From the NCBI RefSeq assembly GCF_037042905.1, contig NC_087259.1, forward strand, positions 12,338,001 through 12,402,000: a stretch of 64,000 nt of DNA, read 5' to 3'. Below the pieces are notes generated by a model that did no database searches, was not told the origin of the DNA, and saw only the letters and a list, made by a program, of their open reading frames with translations. Of this stretch, positions 47,268 through 60,384 are shown piece by piece. Position 1 is the stretch's first letter. The number at the start of each line of letters is the position of its first letter. A program made the position numbers and the translations under genes. The stretch comes from Lytechinus pictus (Eukaryota).

Positions 47268-48192
47268 ATGGAAGTTACATGCAGCCAGTGCAAAAGAGTA
47301 TTTTCATCTTATCCGGAATTAAACTATCATTTACGGAAGGTTCATCAAATGATTTTTCTTATTCACTGTCAAAGATGTAATCACGAGACTGAGAGAAGAG
47401 AGACAATGAGACAGCATTACAAACGACGTCATAGAGCTCATATCAAAGAAGTAGACACACTACGTACGATCTAGCCCAACTTTGCCTAAGCCTAAAGACA
47501 GGATGGAGGAACAGCAGGAAAGGGAGAAGAGGAGACATATTGAAGAAGAAAGGGAGAAAGAGAAGAACAGACGAGAAGAACAGAGGAAGAGGAAAGAGGA
47601 GGAGGAAAGGATCGAGGAGGAAAGGAGGCGACAAGAAGCAATAGAGGAAGAAAGGAGGAAGGAGGATAGTCAAGAAAGAGTTTGGAAAAGGGTTGATAGG
47701 AGTACAGTAGACGAGATAGACGAAGAGATCATAGAAGAACGAATGAAACTAGAGGAAAGTAGGGAGAAAGAAGAAGAGGAGAGGCAACTGGATGAGGAAG
47801 GAAAGCAGCTAGAAGAGGAGAAACGTAAGATAGAGGAGGAGGAGAAAAGATTAGAGGAAGAAAAGAGGAAGCTAGAGAGAAGGAAACGTGAAAAAGAAGC
47901 CAAGCAGGAGTTAGCAAAAAGGCAGGAAGAAGAGAGACTAGAGAAAGAAAGGGAGTAAGAGAAGAAAAGACTAGAAGATGAGAAGAGATTGAAGGAGGAA
48001 ATCAGACAGATTGCAGAAGGCAACACAGAAGATAAACCAGAAAGTAGAATTGTTGAACTTGTCGGTGATAAAAAGAATATTTCTATAAAACTTCCTGAGT
48101 GCCAGAGTGAACAGATCCAAATAGTAACAAAGGTTACAATTGCGACATCTTATTATACCAAGACCAAGAATGGATACACTCTAAAAAGATGA
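47268..48192 (+). pseudogene. Disabled gene: two C2H2 zinc fingers + long E/R/K-rich helical region
   Basis: CSQC-x12-H-x4-H and CQRC-x12-H-x4-H; frameshift near 47470; in-frame TAA at 47956; acceptor TCTTACAG ending at 47260 before ATG 47268. Confidence 0.75.
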
Positions 48193-51111
48193 TTAATTGA
48201 CTCTCACTATCCGGAGAAAAGACCAAAAGTTGCAAAGTAATTTGTTGTCATGTATTTTGTATGATCTTTATGTATTTTATGATGTTTAAGAATACTTTTA
48301 TGTACATGAATATTCATGTATTGCTATATATTGATATTTAATGCTATTATAATATAGTCACTGGGACAGTGACTTTATTTGGCTGGGGGTAGTGTGAAGG
48401 AAACCCCTTTTCGTGAAAAGAAAGATCTAATCTTCAAAATAAAGATTTAGATTTCCCCATATTCCATTTTTTTAATATTGAGCTTTGTTTGTTTACATCA
48501 CGTAACTGAACGCCAGTATAGTCATTGAATGCCGGCGATCAGCTGTTTTTACTACGTGAACTGTGACCTGAATTAATCTGAAACTGGATAATTTAAGCAG
48601 GTTTTAAATAAAGAGCAAGCTGCGCATCTCAATAAACATGCCTGTGTTTTAGATTTATACCTAGTATCTGGGCATTCTGAATATATTTTTGTCATGAAAA
48701 TCAATGTGAGCGCGAAGTGCGAGCAGAAAACATTTGAAATTCCGATCTGAAAAGTGGTCAATTTAAGCACTGTGCAGGAAAATTGTGAAGTGGACATTAC
48801 GGATCGCACTTAATGAATGTTGCGAGCGCGAAGCGCGAGCTGATATTTATTATTATTATTGTTTGACCTAGAACCGGGTAATTCTAAGGACATTTTGTCC
48901 TCATATGAAAATGATGACTATCTTCCTATTTCTCTTCCTAAGCACGAGATATTCCATTCTGAAAAAGGGACAATTCAATTATAAGGATTTCATGAAAATT
49001 TTATTATTTTATTTATTAATCAAATAAGCCTAATGACAGCTCGAAACTTGTTGATATCAAGGCCTGAAAACTGGACTTTTTAAGCACTTTATTTTATTAT
49101 GAATAGGATGCATGCATATTTCTAACAATAAATGCGAGCGCAAATCGCGATGTCATATAGAAAAGGAATTTTAAGTAGTTTGTTTCAGAATCACTTATAT
49201 TATAGAGGTATAATTACTTACTATTTAAAAATGCGAGCACGCAGCGCTGGCTATTAGGTTTTGACAATTGAACCTGAAAAATTGATATTTTTATAATTTT
49301 GATATATGGAATACACGAAAGGAATAGCTACTTAACAAATCAAATAATGCGAGCGCGCAGTGTGAGCTGAAAATGTTGATATTGAGACAATAAAACGGAC
49401 ATTTTACAGAGCATTTTTTTAAAATCAATTTGTAAATCAAACAAAATAATGAAAGCTCGATGTCGGAGCTGAAATATGTTTGTATATTAACTTCAAAACT
49501 TGATAGTTTAAGCTCCATATCAGCCTATGGAGCAAGAATCGTATATATCTCATCAAACAAGCAATGCGAGCGCGAAGCGCGAGCGAAAATTTGTTATAGT
49601 GATATGAAATATTTTTTAAACTTTATTTTCTAAGTCTTCCCCTCACCTTATTTTATTCACTCGTCTTTCTCCTACTTTTCCCCTTCTTTTTTTTCTCATC
49701 TACTTTCCCTTCTTTTTTTCTTCCCCCCCCCCCCCTTTTTTTTGCTCCGCCAATAGGGGTCCGGGCCCTCTTGGATCCGCCTATGTAAATTTGATAAGCA
49801 AAAAAGAAAAGGTTTTAGAGAAAATAAAGGTCGTTTTGGTGCCCCCAAAAAATAACGAGCAAAAAAAAAGGTTTTAAGACAAGCTGTTGGTCATTTTCCG
49901 TACATTTCTCTTATGTTACACACCTACCAGAATCCCCGGGGAGCTGCCTATGGAAAATAATACACACAGCAGCCCCTGGGAAAATCTTGGGGGTTCTTCA
50001 GCAAACCCCAGCACATCCGCTATCCAGGGCCATGCCCCCCTTCTCTCTCTCTCTCTCTCTCTCTCCCTCTCTGCGTCAATGAAGGTTCCTTATGTCGATT
50101 ATCGAAAACATGAGAATCAGAACACGTCAATAGTAAAACTCGGTTTTCTTTCGCAATCAATTTCACGCATAAAATTTGATGGAATGAGAACATTATTTTT
50201 GGAATCAATGATTTGGTTACTACAAGGAGCTCCTTGGTTACTACAATCTTCTTGTGCTATTGTTATTCCACGCTACGATAACGAAATGTAAGACAGTTTT
50301 AAAGTAACACGTTCACTAAAATTGACAATATAGTCAAACAGTTCTTGTCGAGTTTATTATACACGATTAACATTCAGTTACCCATAAACAATTTTTTTTT
50401 TCTTCACAGTTTATTTATTGAGCAGTTGTATAGAAAGTGAGTATAAACGGAAATGATAAATGGCATGATATTGATGTAACGTCCGTTCCAAATGAATTTC
50501 CAGTCTCTTTCTACTCAGTATCATACTACCAAAATCATGCATTGGCCCGACGGACGCATAGGCTTACTGCTGTTTCAGGAGTGATTTGATTTTTATTTAT
50601 TTATTTATTCTCCACTCGTGGGCTGGATGGCCCTCTTCAGCCACAGGCTGTTCTTCAGAGGGTTTTTTGTTTATTAATAAATAATTAGGAGTAACACGCT
50701 GAAAACTCAAGCCTAAAGTATAGATTTAGGTATATAATAATTTTATATACAAATAATGTTACAATATTACTATCATTTGAGGGATTACCACTCTGCAAAC
50801 ATTGCTGTCGATTGGATCCCTCGATATTAAAATAGATTATACATTAGACTCCTATATAATAGTTTAGTATGTTGAATATGTATTTTAAATCCTTACAAAG
50901 TGTCTTGTCATTGTAGATATTAATTTATAAATATTTAGTGTATATATATTTTTGAGAGGGGTCTAAAAAATTTCGAAGTGAAATAAGAAAGTGAAAAATA
51001 AACTCTTCAACTTCCGAACAGTGGGATTATATTGATATTGATCTCAAGCATCAAAACGAAATTTTCAATGTAAAATATAAATTTCAAAGTGATTGAGTTG
51101 CTTTCTGTTCA

Positions 51112-54100
51112 TCAGAAATTCCAGTTGTTCATCAGAATCTGCACGCCCATTGAAATGTTGACGGCAAGGCCGGCCGCGAAAGAAAAGGCGCGGGTCGGTT
51201 GGGGTACGGCAAACAGATAGGCGAAGCTATGAAGAAAACGGGAGATGACAAAGATACGGTAGTGCCATACGATCCTCGTCAGAGGGGCACCAGAAGACAT
51301 GGCGTAGAGAAGACCAAGGCCAAAGAATGGGACAATGTTCTCCAAGTCGTTGAGATGACATCTGAAAAGATCAATCGGTTGATATAAGGAGCAGTTGTTC
51401 AACAGAGTTCAACAAAAGTTATTCGTCGTGATGTTTTAAGAATAAGAGATTTTGAACATGCATGGGGAAACCTTATTCTCATTAAGTAGTGGCAGCTAGT
51501 TGAACTTTCCGATATCATTGTATTAAAAAAAATCTTTCGAAAGGGAGTGATAAAAACAGAAAAAAAAAATTGTGGTGGTTCTACAACCTTTGGCGCCTTT
51601 CCTGTGTTTATTATACGATGGCAAAACTATATGCACACGCAACAAAATAAGTTTATTATATAATCTTGATGGACAGAGGCACACCAAACTTAGCTGTAGG
51701 GAAGTTACAAATTGATGCAGAAGTTCGAGCCCTGGTCACGTTTTTCGGATGGTGACGTTAAAGGTCGGTCCCAGACGTAAATAATCATATCTGATTGATA
51801 CACGTCTGACAAAACTCAAATACACACACAAAAAAACTTATCCAAATGTTGTATTCTGTACATGCATTTTGCCTTTGTTTATATGCTTTGTGGAAAGACT
51901 TTCTTTGAAAAAAAAATGTTTCCTTAAGCCCCCATCACACTTATTCCGAATCAAGCAGAATTGGCCTGAATGAAAGGACTATTGTTTGACCACCAATTGG
52001 TCATTTAAATCTACTTCCAACATCGTTCGAGAATACCCCTCGAATGTTTTGAACATGACCAAAACCTTCGGGACGGCCAAAAGAAATGACAAAAATATTT
52101 CGAATGCACTCAGAATGCAGTCAGAATATTTAGAATGCCCCTAGAATGTCCAAGAACGTAGCACGAATTATCAATCTGACTCCATTGCGGTTCATTTTGA
52201 CTAGTGTATGATGATACACCTGGTCAATTTATTGAATTTCAACTCCAGTTTGATGAATTCATATGTTCCTCCCAAAAATTTCTAGATTCTTTGAATATTT
52301 TTTCTTTCCAGCTTCTGCTCGATTCCTGCTGATTCCGAATAAGTGTGACGGGGGTATTACCTTCTTATACGTTCTACGATAGGGTGGTCAAAAATTGGTT
52401 TCTTGTCCTTGAGTCCTACAATGTCCTCTTGGTTAGCAAACACCTGTATCAGAAACATTCACATAGTTGACGAAAAACAATGAATGTCCGTCATTAGTTA
52501 GCGGATTAACTTAGTCTTGAGGACTCCATGATGATGTTTTATGAATATTTTGACATATACTTCTTCATAAAGTATGTATATGTCAAAATATTGATAAAAT
52601 ATCATCATGGAGTCCTCAAGACTAGGCTTAACTATGATTCAACTTAATCAGAAAGAGGCCTATACCTTCTTCGAGAATTTCAATGTTACACCTTTTAATA
52701 TTGTTTTGCTGTTTCGATTCACCAACCCCCGATAAAGACTTCATTGTCATGAAGGGCATTTGACGGTAAATTGCAAACTCGTCACTCACCACATGGTCTA
52801 CCTTCATTTAGTCTAATGCCATTCCGTCCATCAACATTACGTCTAACAACCATTTGGTACAATAACAATTTGGTCCAATCATCACTTCGTCTAATCACCA
52901 GTTCGTCTATTACCATTTCGTCTAATAACTAGTTGGTCTAATACCCATTTTCTTCCCTACATTTTGCACAATAACACTTTAGTTTAATTAGACCAAATGG
53001 TATGTGGACTGAATGGCTATTGGACCAACTGGTTATTAGACGGAATGGCATTAGACTAAATGAAAGTAGATCATATGGTGAGTGGACGAACTGATGGTAG
53101 ACCAAATGATTGTAGACGAGTTGGCAATTGGACGAATTGGCTTTAGACGAATTGGAAATAAACCCATTTGACGATACATTCTCTATGTTTTCGAAAGCGT
53201 TCTGCGCGTCGCGGTTGAGAAATCCCCTTCTATATATGCGAATTAAGTGATGGGTTCGATTAAAATCCCTTCTATAGAGACCACAATGTGGCACAATTGT
53301 TATATAGTATGTATTCAACTTCCTGTTATACTTTCAGTCATTCACCTTCACTTGTTTACAATGTCATCTTCCCAAAGCCCCCATTACCATTTTACTCCTA
53401 AACCCTGACCATAAAAGACCAACCCTCAGTGACAGTCAGCTATAACTCCAAGGAACAAGAGTTCTAAGAAGTATGACTCGCACTACCAGCCCCAGTCTCT
53501 GCACAGAGCATCACCACACCCCCTATACCAGAGAAAGTTTGATAGACAGTTACATGTAGACCAAACATAGCAAGTCTCACTCCATACCTTGAATTGTTAC
53601 ATCCCAAAACTGATGATATAAATAAGACTTCTTTATTACGAGACACAGACTAGATACTCGGATATACTACAACCACACTCATCCAGATAGACTGACTGAC
53701 TTACATCAACTATTATACTTCTGAATATTTTTTTCCATCGCCTGTTGTATTTTGATTCTTTGTGAATGTCTACTCAACTATACTCAACTTTGAATAAATG
53801 CTTATGATTTGAACTGCAAATAACTTTCTTCAGATGTCATCCTTTATGCACGTTTCTGCTCCCAACTAAATAACCATCGGTCCCGAATACACGGCACAAT
53901 GTGGACACATGTTTATAGTCAATATGTGTTCCAATCAATGACTGTATTAAAGTGGAGCATCATGCCTACCTCGTAAACTATATGTTCACGTTGTTTTCTT
54001 ACCAGGTACTGTAAACAAGTTAATAAACAACCCTTACCTTTCGTGTTACACGGACATATCCTGTCATTGGAGACAAAACAACCATTTTCAGCATCACAGC

Positions 54101-54151
54101 TGAAGCGTAAGTTACAAAGTAGGATAACTCTTCACTCATGGTAGACGCCAT
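51112..54151 (-). CDS. MGST1: Microsomal glutathione S-transferase 1 (MAPEG family), 3 exons, 148 aa
   Basis: Join on minus: 54151-54038, 52443-52361, 51361-51112; phases match. Motifs LKM...R...VFANQED, VERIRRCHLNDLENIVPF, RFLHS, PQPTR. Confidence 0.93.
51692..51830 (+). mobile_element. 5'-truncated second copy of the 7SL-headed SINE (MGST1 intron 2)
   Basis: Near-identical to 33213-33360, including the (CA)n tail. Confidence 0.85.
51927..52356. mobile_element. PIF/Harbinger-type MITE abutting the MGST1 exon-2 donor
   Basis: TIRs CCCCCATCACACTTATTCCGAATCA / TGATTCCGAATAAGTGTGACGGGGG; TTA TSD. Confidence 0.85.
52763..53165. repeat. Foldback element built from short CGTCTAA/TGGTCTA units
   Basis: Left half has GTCTAA units; right half has TAGAC/TGGAC units. 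Confidence 0.6.
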
Positions 54152-56454
54152 TTTGATCTCCAGGTCCCGCCGAAAAAGCTGCACTATGAAGGTTGCAGGT
54201 CAAGACACCACAAAGTAATGTGATCTTACTCCCAGTACAAACCATCTATTAATATTACCTCAATGCATGCGTTTCTTAACGGAGAATAGATCAATGCGAA
54301 AAACTTTCAAGAACGGGCTTCTTAAAGTGCTAAAGTCCCATTGAGAGTCTTATGGCTCAATGGCTGTTGGACTTTGTTCAAAAGATTGGAAGCTCTTTAC
54401 AACAAACAGTCGAGGGTTACCGTGTACGTGCCAAAGGGCAATTTGATAGGAATCGGAAGATAGCCCTATGAAAAGGCACGTTCGACAGTTAATTGCGCAA
54501 GGTGTATGAAATCGTAATGTAAAAAAAAATTAATAATCATGAAAACACATTCCGCTTTTCTTTTGATATATAGAGCCTATATACAGCCCGGTCAGTCCAT
54601 TCTTGGGTCTAATATTCACAGCTCAATATTGAAACGTCGTTGGATAGAACAGATATGGTTTATTAAGTCACGGATGACGAAAGAGGTTAATCTGGAAAAA
54701 CTATAAAGTTGCTATTTTACATTCAGAAGGTTAAATTTTATATAAAATTAACAGATATCTCTTGATATCGGCTCCGAATCATAAGCCCTCTTTGGATTAT
54801 CTTTTGTAGTTATTCTTGTTGTTTAATACCTGCCTTTTCGTAGACCTACATAGAAAAAAGTCTAAGCCCATTTCGTTCAATATGCATGAACTCTTTATGA
54901 ACAAATCTTCGATTGACAAAGTGCAATATAAGTAGAAGTCTTGCCCCTGCATTATGCCTGGTTATATCCTCAAAAAATTTCTTGGGAAAAGTAAGAGTGT
55001 GGAATGAGTTAAATATTTATAAAGTGAAAACATATATGCGTTTAAACTAGAAGCGGATATCTCTTTTCTGAGTAGCGACAAGAATACTGGTCTGTTTTAT
55101 CATCCCAACACATTTGCGAGGGAGCGTAGCGATTGATTAAAAAAACTTATCATAAATTATATTATCAACAATATATCTCTGCGTATATATTAATCCATGT
55201 AACGAATTAAGATACGACTTGAAATGGCATAGATTAAACAAAACATTGCACTACGAAAAAACAAAAACCTTTGGTTTGATAACTTTTTTGAATAATGAAA
55301 TAAACCCCTCAAAAAAGTTCTGCAACTCAAGTTTGAAGGATTATGAATTTCTTAGTGTGTCATCCTCATATATGAATATGCATTGGAAAGCATGATTAAT
55401 CCTCTTTACAATGTGTCATTTGTAATGCTAATGTTATCGAGCATGGAATGCACAGAATTGATAAATAACCAGCAATGTCGTAAATTAAATGTTGCAAATT
55501 TGTTGTTTCTAATCGTGAATTTCCATTTTTTTTCGAGGATGGACAGAGTTTGAATTATATTGATGTACTGATGCGTGAAAGTCCACACATGGTGTATTCT
55601 CATGGTAACGGATTGAATGTGTTTGGAATAATTTAAAAAAAGTTTACGATGTTGCATGTACAAAAGACGGGAATGTTTGTTTCATGGTTTATGAACGCTT
55701 TCACTTCAAGCAAACACTAAATCATGCAAACAGTCGATACACATCTCTTCAACAACACAAACCACTCCTTTCAACCATAATGAAACACTAATGAAAACAC
55801 TCAAACCTTCACTGTCACCTGCATCCTGGGCAGAATTCTAAAGAAATGGTTAAAACTTAAAAAAAATGCATTTTGCAACATTTCACTTCTGACTTGCCCT
55901 TTATTCAGGGTAATTGCACATTTCATTGTTAAGGAGAATAATGAAACTTTCCAATGATACCAGTTTACTTCAGTAACAAAAGATATATCATCCCTCAAAC
56001 TTCAGTTGCAGAACTTTCTTTGAGGGGTCTAGTTCTAATAGTGAAATTCCATTCAATTTCAGTAAATTTTTAAAACATAACTGCGGTTCCTTTACGCCGT
56101 TGATAACATCACCGGGAAACAAATCTGACACACAAATCTCTTGTTTGTTCTATCTTTTAATTATAAGCCACTTCTATCTCACTTTTTGGCGCGTTAATGG
56201 ACAACGTGCGGTGCTTATATTAGGAGAGCGTTTCATCAACATTTTTTTTTCCAACAAGTTTTTGGATCTGCCAACTTTCTTTGCTTTGATTGTCTGAGAG
56301 GCACTGTTACTGTGAGTGGGTAACTGTCCGATAAAACAGGACTTATCAGAAAAAAAACCTTCTAATAACAAGTCCTCCCCTAAAACGATGCCGCCCGTAC
56401 ACAGTTCTCCTCATAACGTAACACATTATGTAACAATCTTTATTTACTTCTTTA

Positions 56455-57142
56455 TCATCATCGTCAACATCATCACCATCATCACCACCATCATCATCAT
56501 CATCACCTTTATCATTACCATTATCATCACTACCCTGATCATCATAATCATCACCATCATCTCCACCACCATCATTATCACCATTCATCATCATCGTCAA
56601 TCAATATCACACTACCATAATTATTCATCATCATCATAGTCATCATCATTATCATCAACATCATCATCATCATTCTCATCATTACCNNNNNNNNNNNNNN
56701 NNNNNNNNNNNNNNNNNNNNNNNNNNNNNNNNNNNNNNNNNNNNNNNNNNNNNNNNNNNNNNNNNNNNNNNNNNNNNNNNNNNNNNNNNNNNNNNNNNNN
56801 NNNNNNNNNNNNNNNNNNNNNNNNNNNNNNNNNNNNNNNNNNNCACCGACATCATCATTACCAACATCATCATTATCACCAACATCATCATCATTACCAT
56901 CATCACCAACATCATCATCATCATCAGCAGCACCATCATCAATATCACCATCATCATTACCATCATCACCAACATCACCACNNNNNNNNNNNNNNNNNNN
57001 NNNNNNNNNNNNNNNNNNNNNNNNNNNNNNNNNNNNNNNNNNNNNNNNNNNNNNNNNNNNNNNNNNNNNNNNNNNNNNNNNNNNNNNNNNNNNNNNNNNN
57101 NNNNNNNNNNNNNNNNNNNNNNNNNCCACCACCACCATCAAC
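56455..57142. repeat. Degenerate (CAT/CAC)n microsatellite with two N gaps
   Basis: Direct observation. Confidence 0.95.
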
Positions 57143-57298
57143 ACACTAATGCCTCATTACAAATTCAATCGCAACACTATTAACCTCATTCTCAGTCATT
57201 TCTTGGCATGTTTTCCCTATGAACACGTAAAATCAGTTTCCTGAATCAAACATTTGGTATTTTCATATCTTAAAGCAAGGGTTACCTCACACGTTTAA

Positions 57299-57625
57299 AG
57301 GGGAATGAAACCTTTGGAACAAGTAAGCTTGTATCGAAACAGAAAAATCAAAGAATAAGAACAAAGGAAGTTTGAGAAAAATCGGACAAATAATGAAAAA
57401 GTTATGAGCAGTTGAATATTGCAATCACTAATGCCATGGAGATCCTCCCATTGGCAATGCGACAAGGATGTGTGATGTCACATGTGAACAACTTTCCCTT
57501 TGATGGACTATAAAATACCCCCAAAATGTATCTTTTTGCTTTTTCTTATGGTGATAGAAACTCTTTATCCATGATGTATTCTTTGAAAATCTGTATTCCA
57601 TGCCCTCCAAACGTTTCATTCTCCT
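57299..57625. mobile_element. Kolobok-like MITE
   Basis: TTAA TSD; TIRs AGGGGAATGAAAC / GTTTCATTCTCCT (RR...YY ends). Confidence 0.75.
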
Positions 57626-58152
57626 TTAAGGAGTGTCAGTTGTCAAATCTTTATGCCATTTAAACAATATTTTATTAAAACTTTTCACATCTCACCTTAC
57701 TTCTTCATATTACACTTCACTTGTTTTCACTTAAGACAAGGAATATCATGGAATACCATGTAAGAGATTTATTAAGAAAAACATAAAATAAGTTGTCACA
57801 TAGTTGTCTAAGAATCTGAGGAGATTAAAAGTGTGAACTTTAGGCAAACAAGGGATGAGGGTGGTGTTTCATTCAGCTCTTATATAAATATCTTTCTTCT
57901 TTTTGTTGCTTCCTTATATCTAAATTGAACTAAAACTGGTTATGGTAATAATGCATCTCGGAGTAATTTTTTCTGGAGACAACATTGTAAAATTACAAAT
58001 GCCTATAATTTTTAATAATTATTTTCAAAGGCAATCATACTTATTTGGAAAGGGAAACACTGCCCACATCAGGCACTTATTCCGGTTGTCCTTGTAATAC
58101 AAACAGGGTTAAGAAACACCACCCCCCCCCCCTCACCACCAACACCACTTAA

Positions 58153-58853
58153 CCCTAAGATGGGGGGGGGGGCTGATTCAGCTCCCCCTCAACATTTTTC
58201 ACGATAAATCCGCCGCGCAATTTTTTTTTACCGCGTCGCTCGCTGACTTTTTACTGTCAAGTCTCACACAACTTCTGAGACCAAAATTGCGACCCCCGGG
58301 TATGCGTTTCCAAACTTACACAACATTTCGTAAGTGCATGCAGACCAAAAATTGCTTAAAACGTGAATATGTGTGAATCCAATGCAAATAGTGTTTTTAA
58401 CCAAAATTCATAAATTTATCATTATTTTCCTCTTACTGAAAAAACAATTTTTTCAAATCCATTGAAAAAACAATAAAAAACAAAAGTAAAATACAAAGAA
58501 ATACATAAGAAATTTAGAAAACAATAAAATACATAAGAAAATAAATGCGATTTTGACATTTCTAAAAAGTATATTTGATCAGATTTCTATAAAGAGTCTG
58601 TGAACCAAAAATTAATATTTTAGGGGTATTATTTCATTAATTAAAGCAAAGTTTTGATTGTACGCATAAATTAGCCTAATCTATTATCTATGAGATTTTT
58701 CGCAGAATTTGATCTTATAGTTTGTAGATTATGCCATGGGTAACGCGCGTGCCAATTTTCGTAGCGACCGTGCGATCAACGGCCGAGATCATAAGGGGGG
58801 CTGAATCAGCCCCCCTCCTTCTTAGGCGTCAAAATAGCCCAGTCTATTTAGGG
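58153..58853. mobile_element. TTAA-specific (piggyBac-like) MITE
   Basis: TTAA|CCCTAA...TTAGGG|TTAA; internal inverted GGGGCTGA(T/A)TCAGC. Confidence 0.78.
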
Positions 58854-60384
58854 TTAACACTCCTGACACAAAAAGGCAAAACTTTTGTCTTGGTTCTTTG
58901 CAAAACAGATCAAGAGGAGGAATTATGAGAATGTGTATAAACTTTCAAGAATTTATAATATTCATATCATCCATATATAAAATTGATTGATTTGATTTGG
59001 CAAATCACCATAACATATATACAGTAGCAGTAAAAACAACAGGCTTGTAGAAGATAACCGACAAAAGCTTGAAAGTCGATTTCCTGTGGGGTCCTCAACA
59101 TGTATAGAATAACAATAATAAACGGTAAAAATAATTAAATAATTCTGAGGTTGACAAAGTCAAGGCATACAAAGTACTGGTGACTTAAAAGTGATTAACA
59201 TTTTACTAAAGAAAACGGCATTTAATTTTTTTTGTTCCTTTAGTTCATCTCTCCTTCCAGTACTCAGTATTAATAATGATCATAAAACAGGGATATACAG
59301 CATCTGTGCATTAATATTCCAATTGTGCATGTGTCCAACGTAAAAACAGCTGGATTGGAATACGAGATTATTTAAACACACCAAACACTGAAAGAATATT
59401 GAACATAATCAGACATACCAGGGACTCAGTTTTAAGCGGAGTGAGAGCGATCACTTGCTACCGCTCACCTTAATCCATTTCAGGAAGCGAATTTGATTTT
59501 TTTTTTGTGACATAAAATGATAAATTATGCAGAAATGCATAAAAACTAGAAATCAAACATCATATATACTTTTGTATTGTTTGTTCAACATTTTACCTCC
59601 ATGTATAATCTATATTCTGGCATTACTTAACCTGCATGTAGAACGAGTGTCAGTCAATGATCGTACTGTTAGAATCAACCTTGAAAACCTCATTCTCAGT
59701 CAAGGTTTTATAAATAACACACACAATTACATTTAAGCAATAACACACAATTAAAATGAGATGAATAACACTTATATTCAGGGCATCTGATTTTTTCGGT
59801 CTCCTTTGTGGGTTGTAACTCAGTGTACATTCCTCCATCAATTTTGTAATCGGACAAAAAAAGGCTCTCTTCAAAGAAGAGCTTTTTGCGGTGCCCCCCT
59901 ACCACTCCCCTTAAAACTTTTAGGAGAGCTATTTATTGCTCCCCCCCCCATAATCATAAAACTGAGTCCCTGACATACAGCAAGACAGTTGTGGCATCTG
60001 TAAGTTTTGTTTTGTTTCATATAAAGCACAATATGGGCAGGAGAGAAATGAGGAAGCTGATCACACACTATTATTTCTGCATATCAACAGATATATACAT
60101 TTTTCTGGGCATGGTATGTAACAGTACTGGATACTTGCTTTATCCTAACTGCCAGTGTTGCGTGCAAAGCTGGAAAGCCACGGCCTGACATTCCGACGTC
60201 ACGGACAAGGCCACATATTTGACCTCAAGGCTGACCTTGAAGACCACAATACTGACATCTGCGGATATGAGTGCAACACATGATCCAGCATAAGGCAAGC
60301 TTTATCAAAGCATCAGAGACTAACATTTCACAGAGGCCACAGAAAGCATGGATAATCTGCAGCACAACAATGAGATGCGGGCAT

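Larger units (their letters stand above)
37172..48575 (+). mobile_element. Large unclassified insertion with LTR-retroelement-like cis signals, non-autonomous
   Basis: Interrupts the host repeat unit mid-motif. TGAGAC (37174) and GTCTCA (47022) are inverted ends. Hairpin AGTCACTG-GGA-CAGTGACT, T-tract, GGCTGGGGGTAG, then TGT at 48356-48395. Confidence 0.45.
36718..49785. mobile_element. TIR element with GCGAGCGCGAAGCGCGAGC arrays, expanded by an ~11.4-kb insertion
   Basis: Ends CAGGGGCAGATCCA / TGGATCCGCCTATG; 6-bp TSD TAAATT (36712-36717, 49786-49791); motif array at 36900-37170 resumes at ~48576-49590. Confidence 0.7.

Noticed and set aside
54150-54420. Antioxidant response element in the MGST1 promoter
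   Set aside because: No TGA(C/G)NNNGC match found by eye; the closest candidate has the wrong spacing.
56316-57144. Poly-D/M/I ORFs
   Set aside because: Translations of the CAT microsatellite and N gaps.
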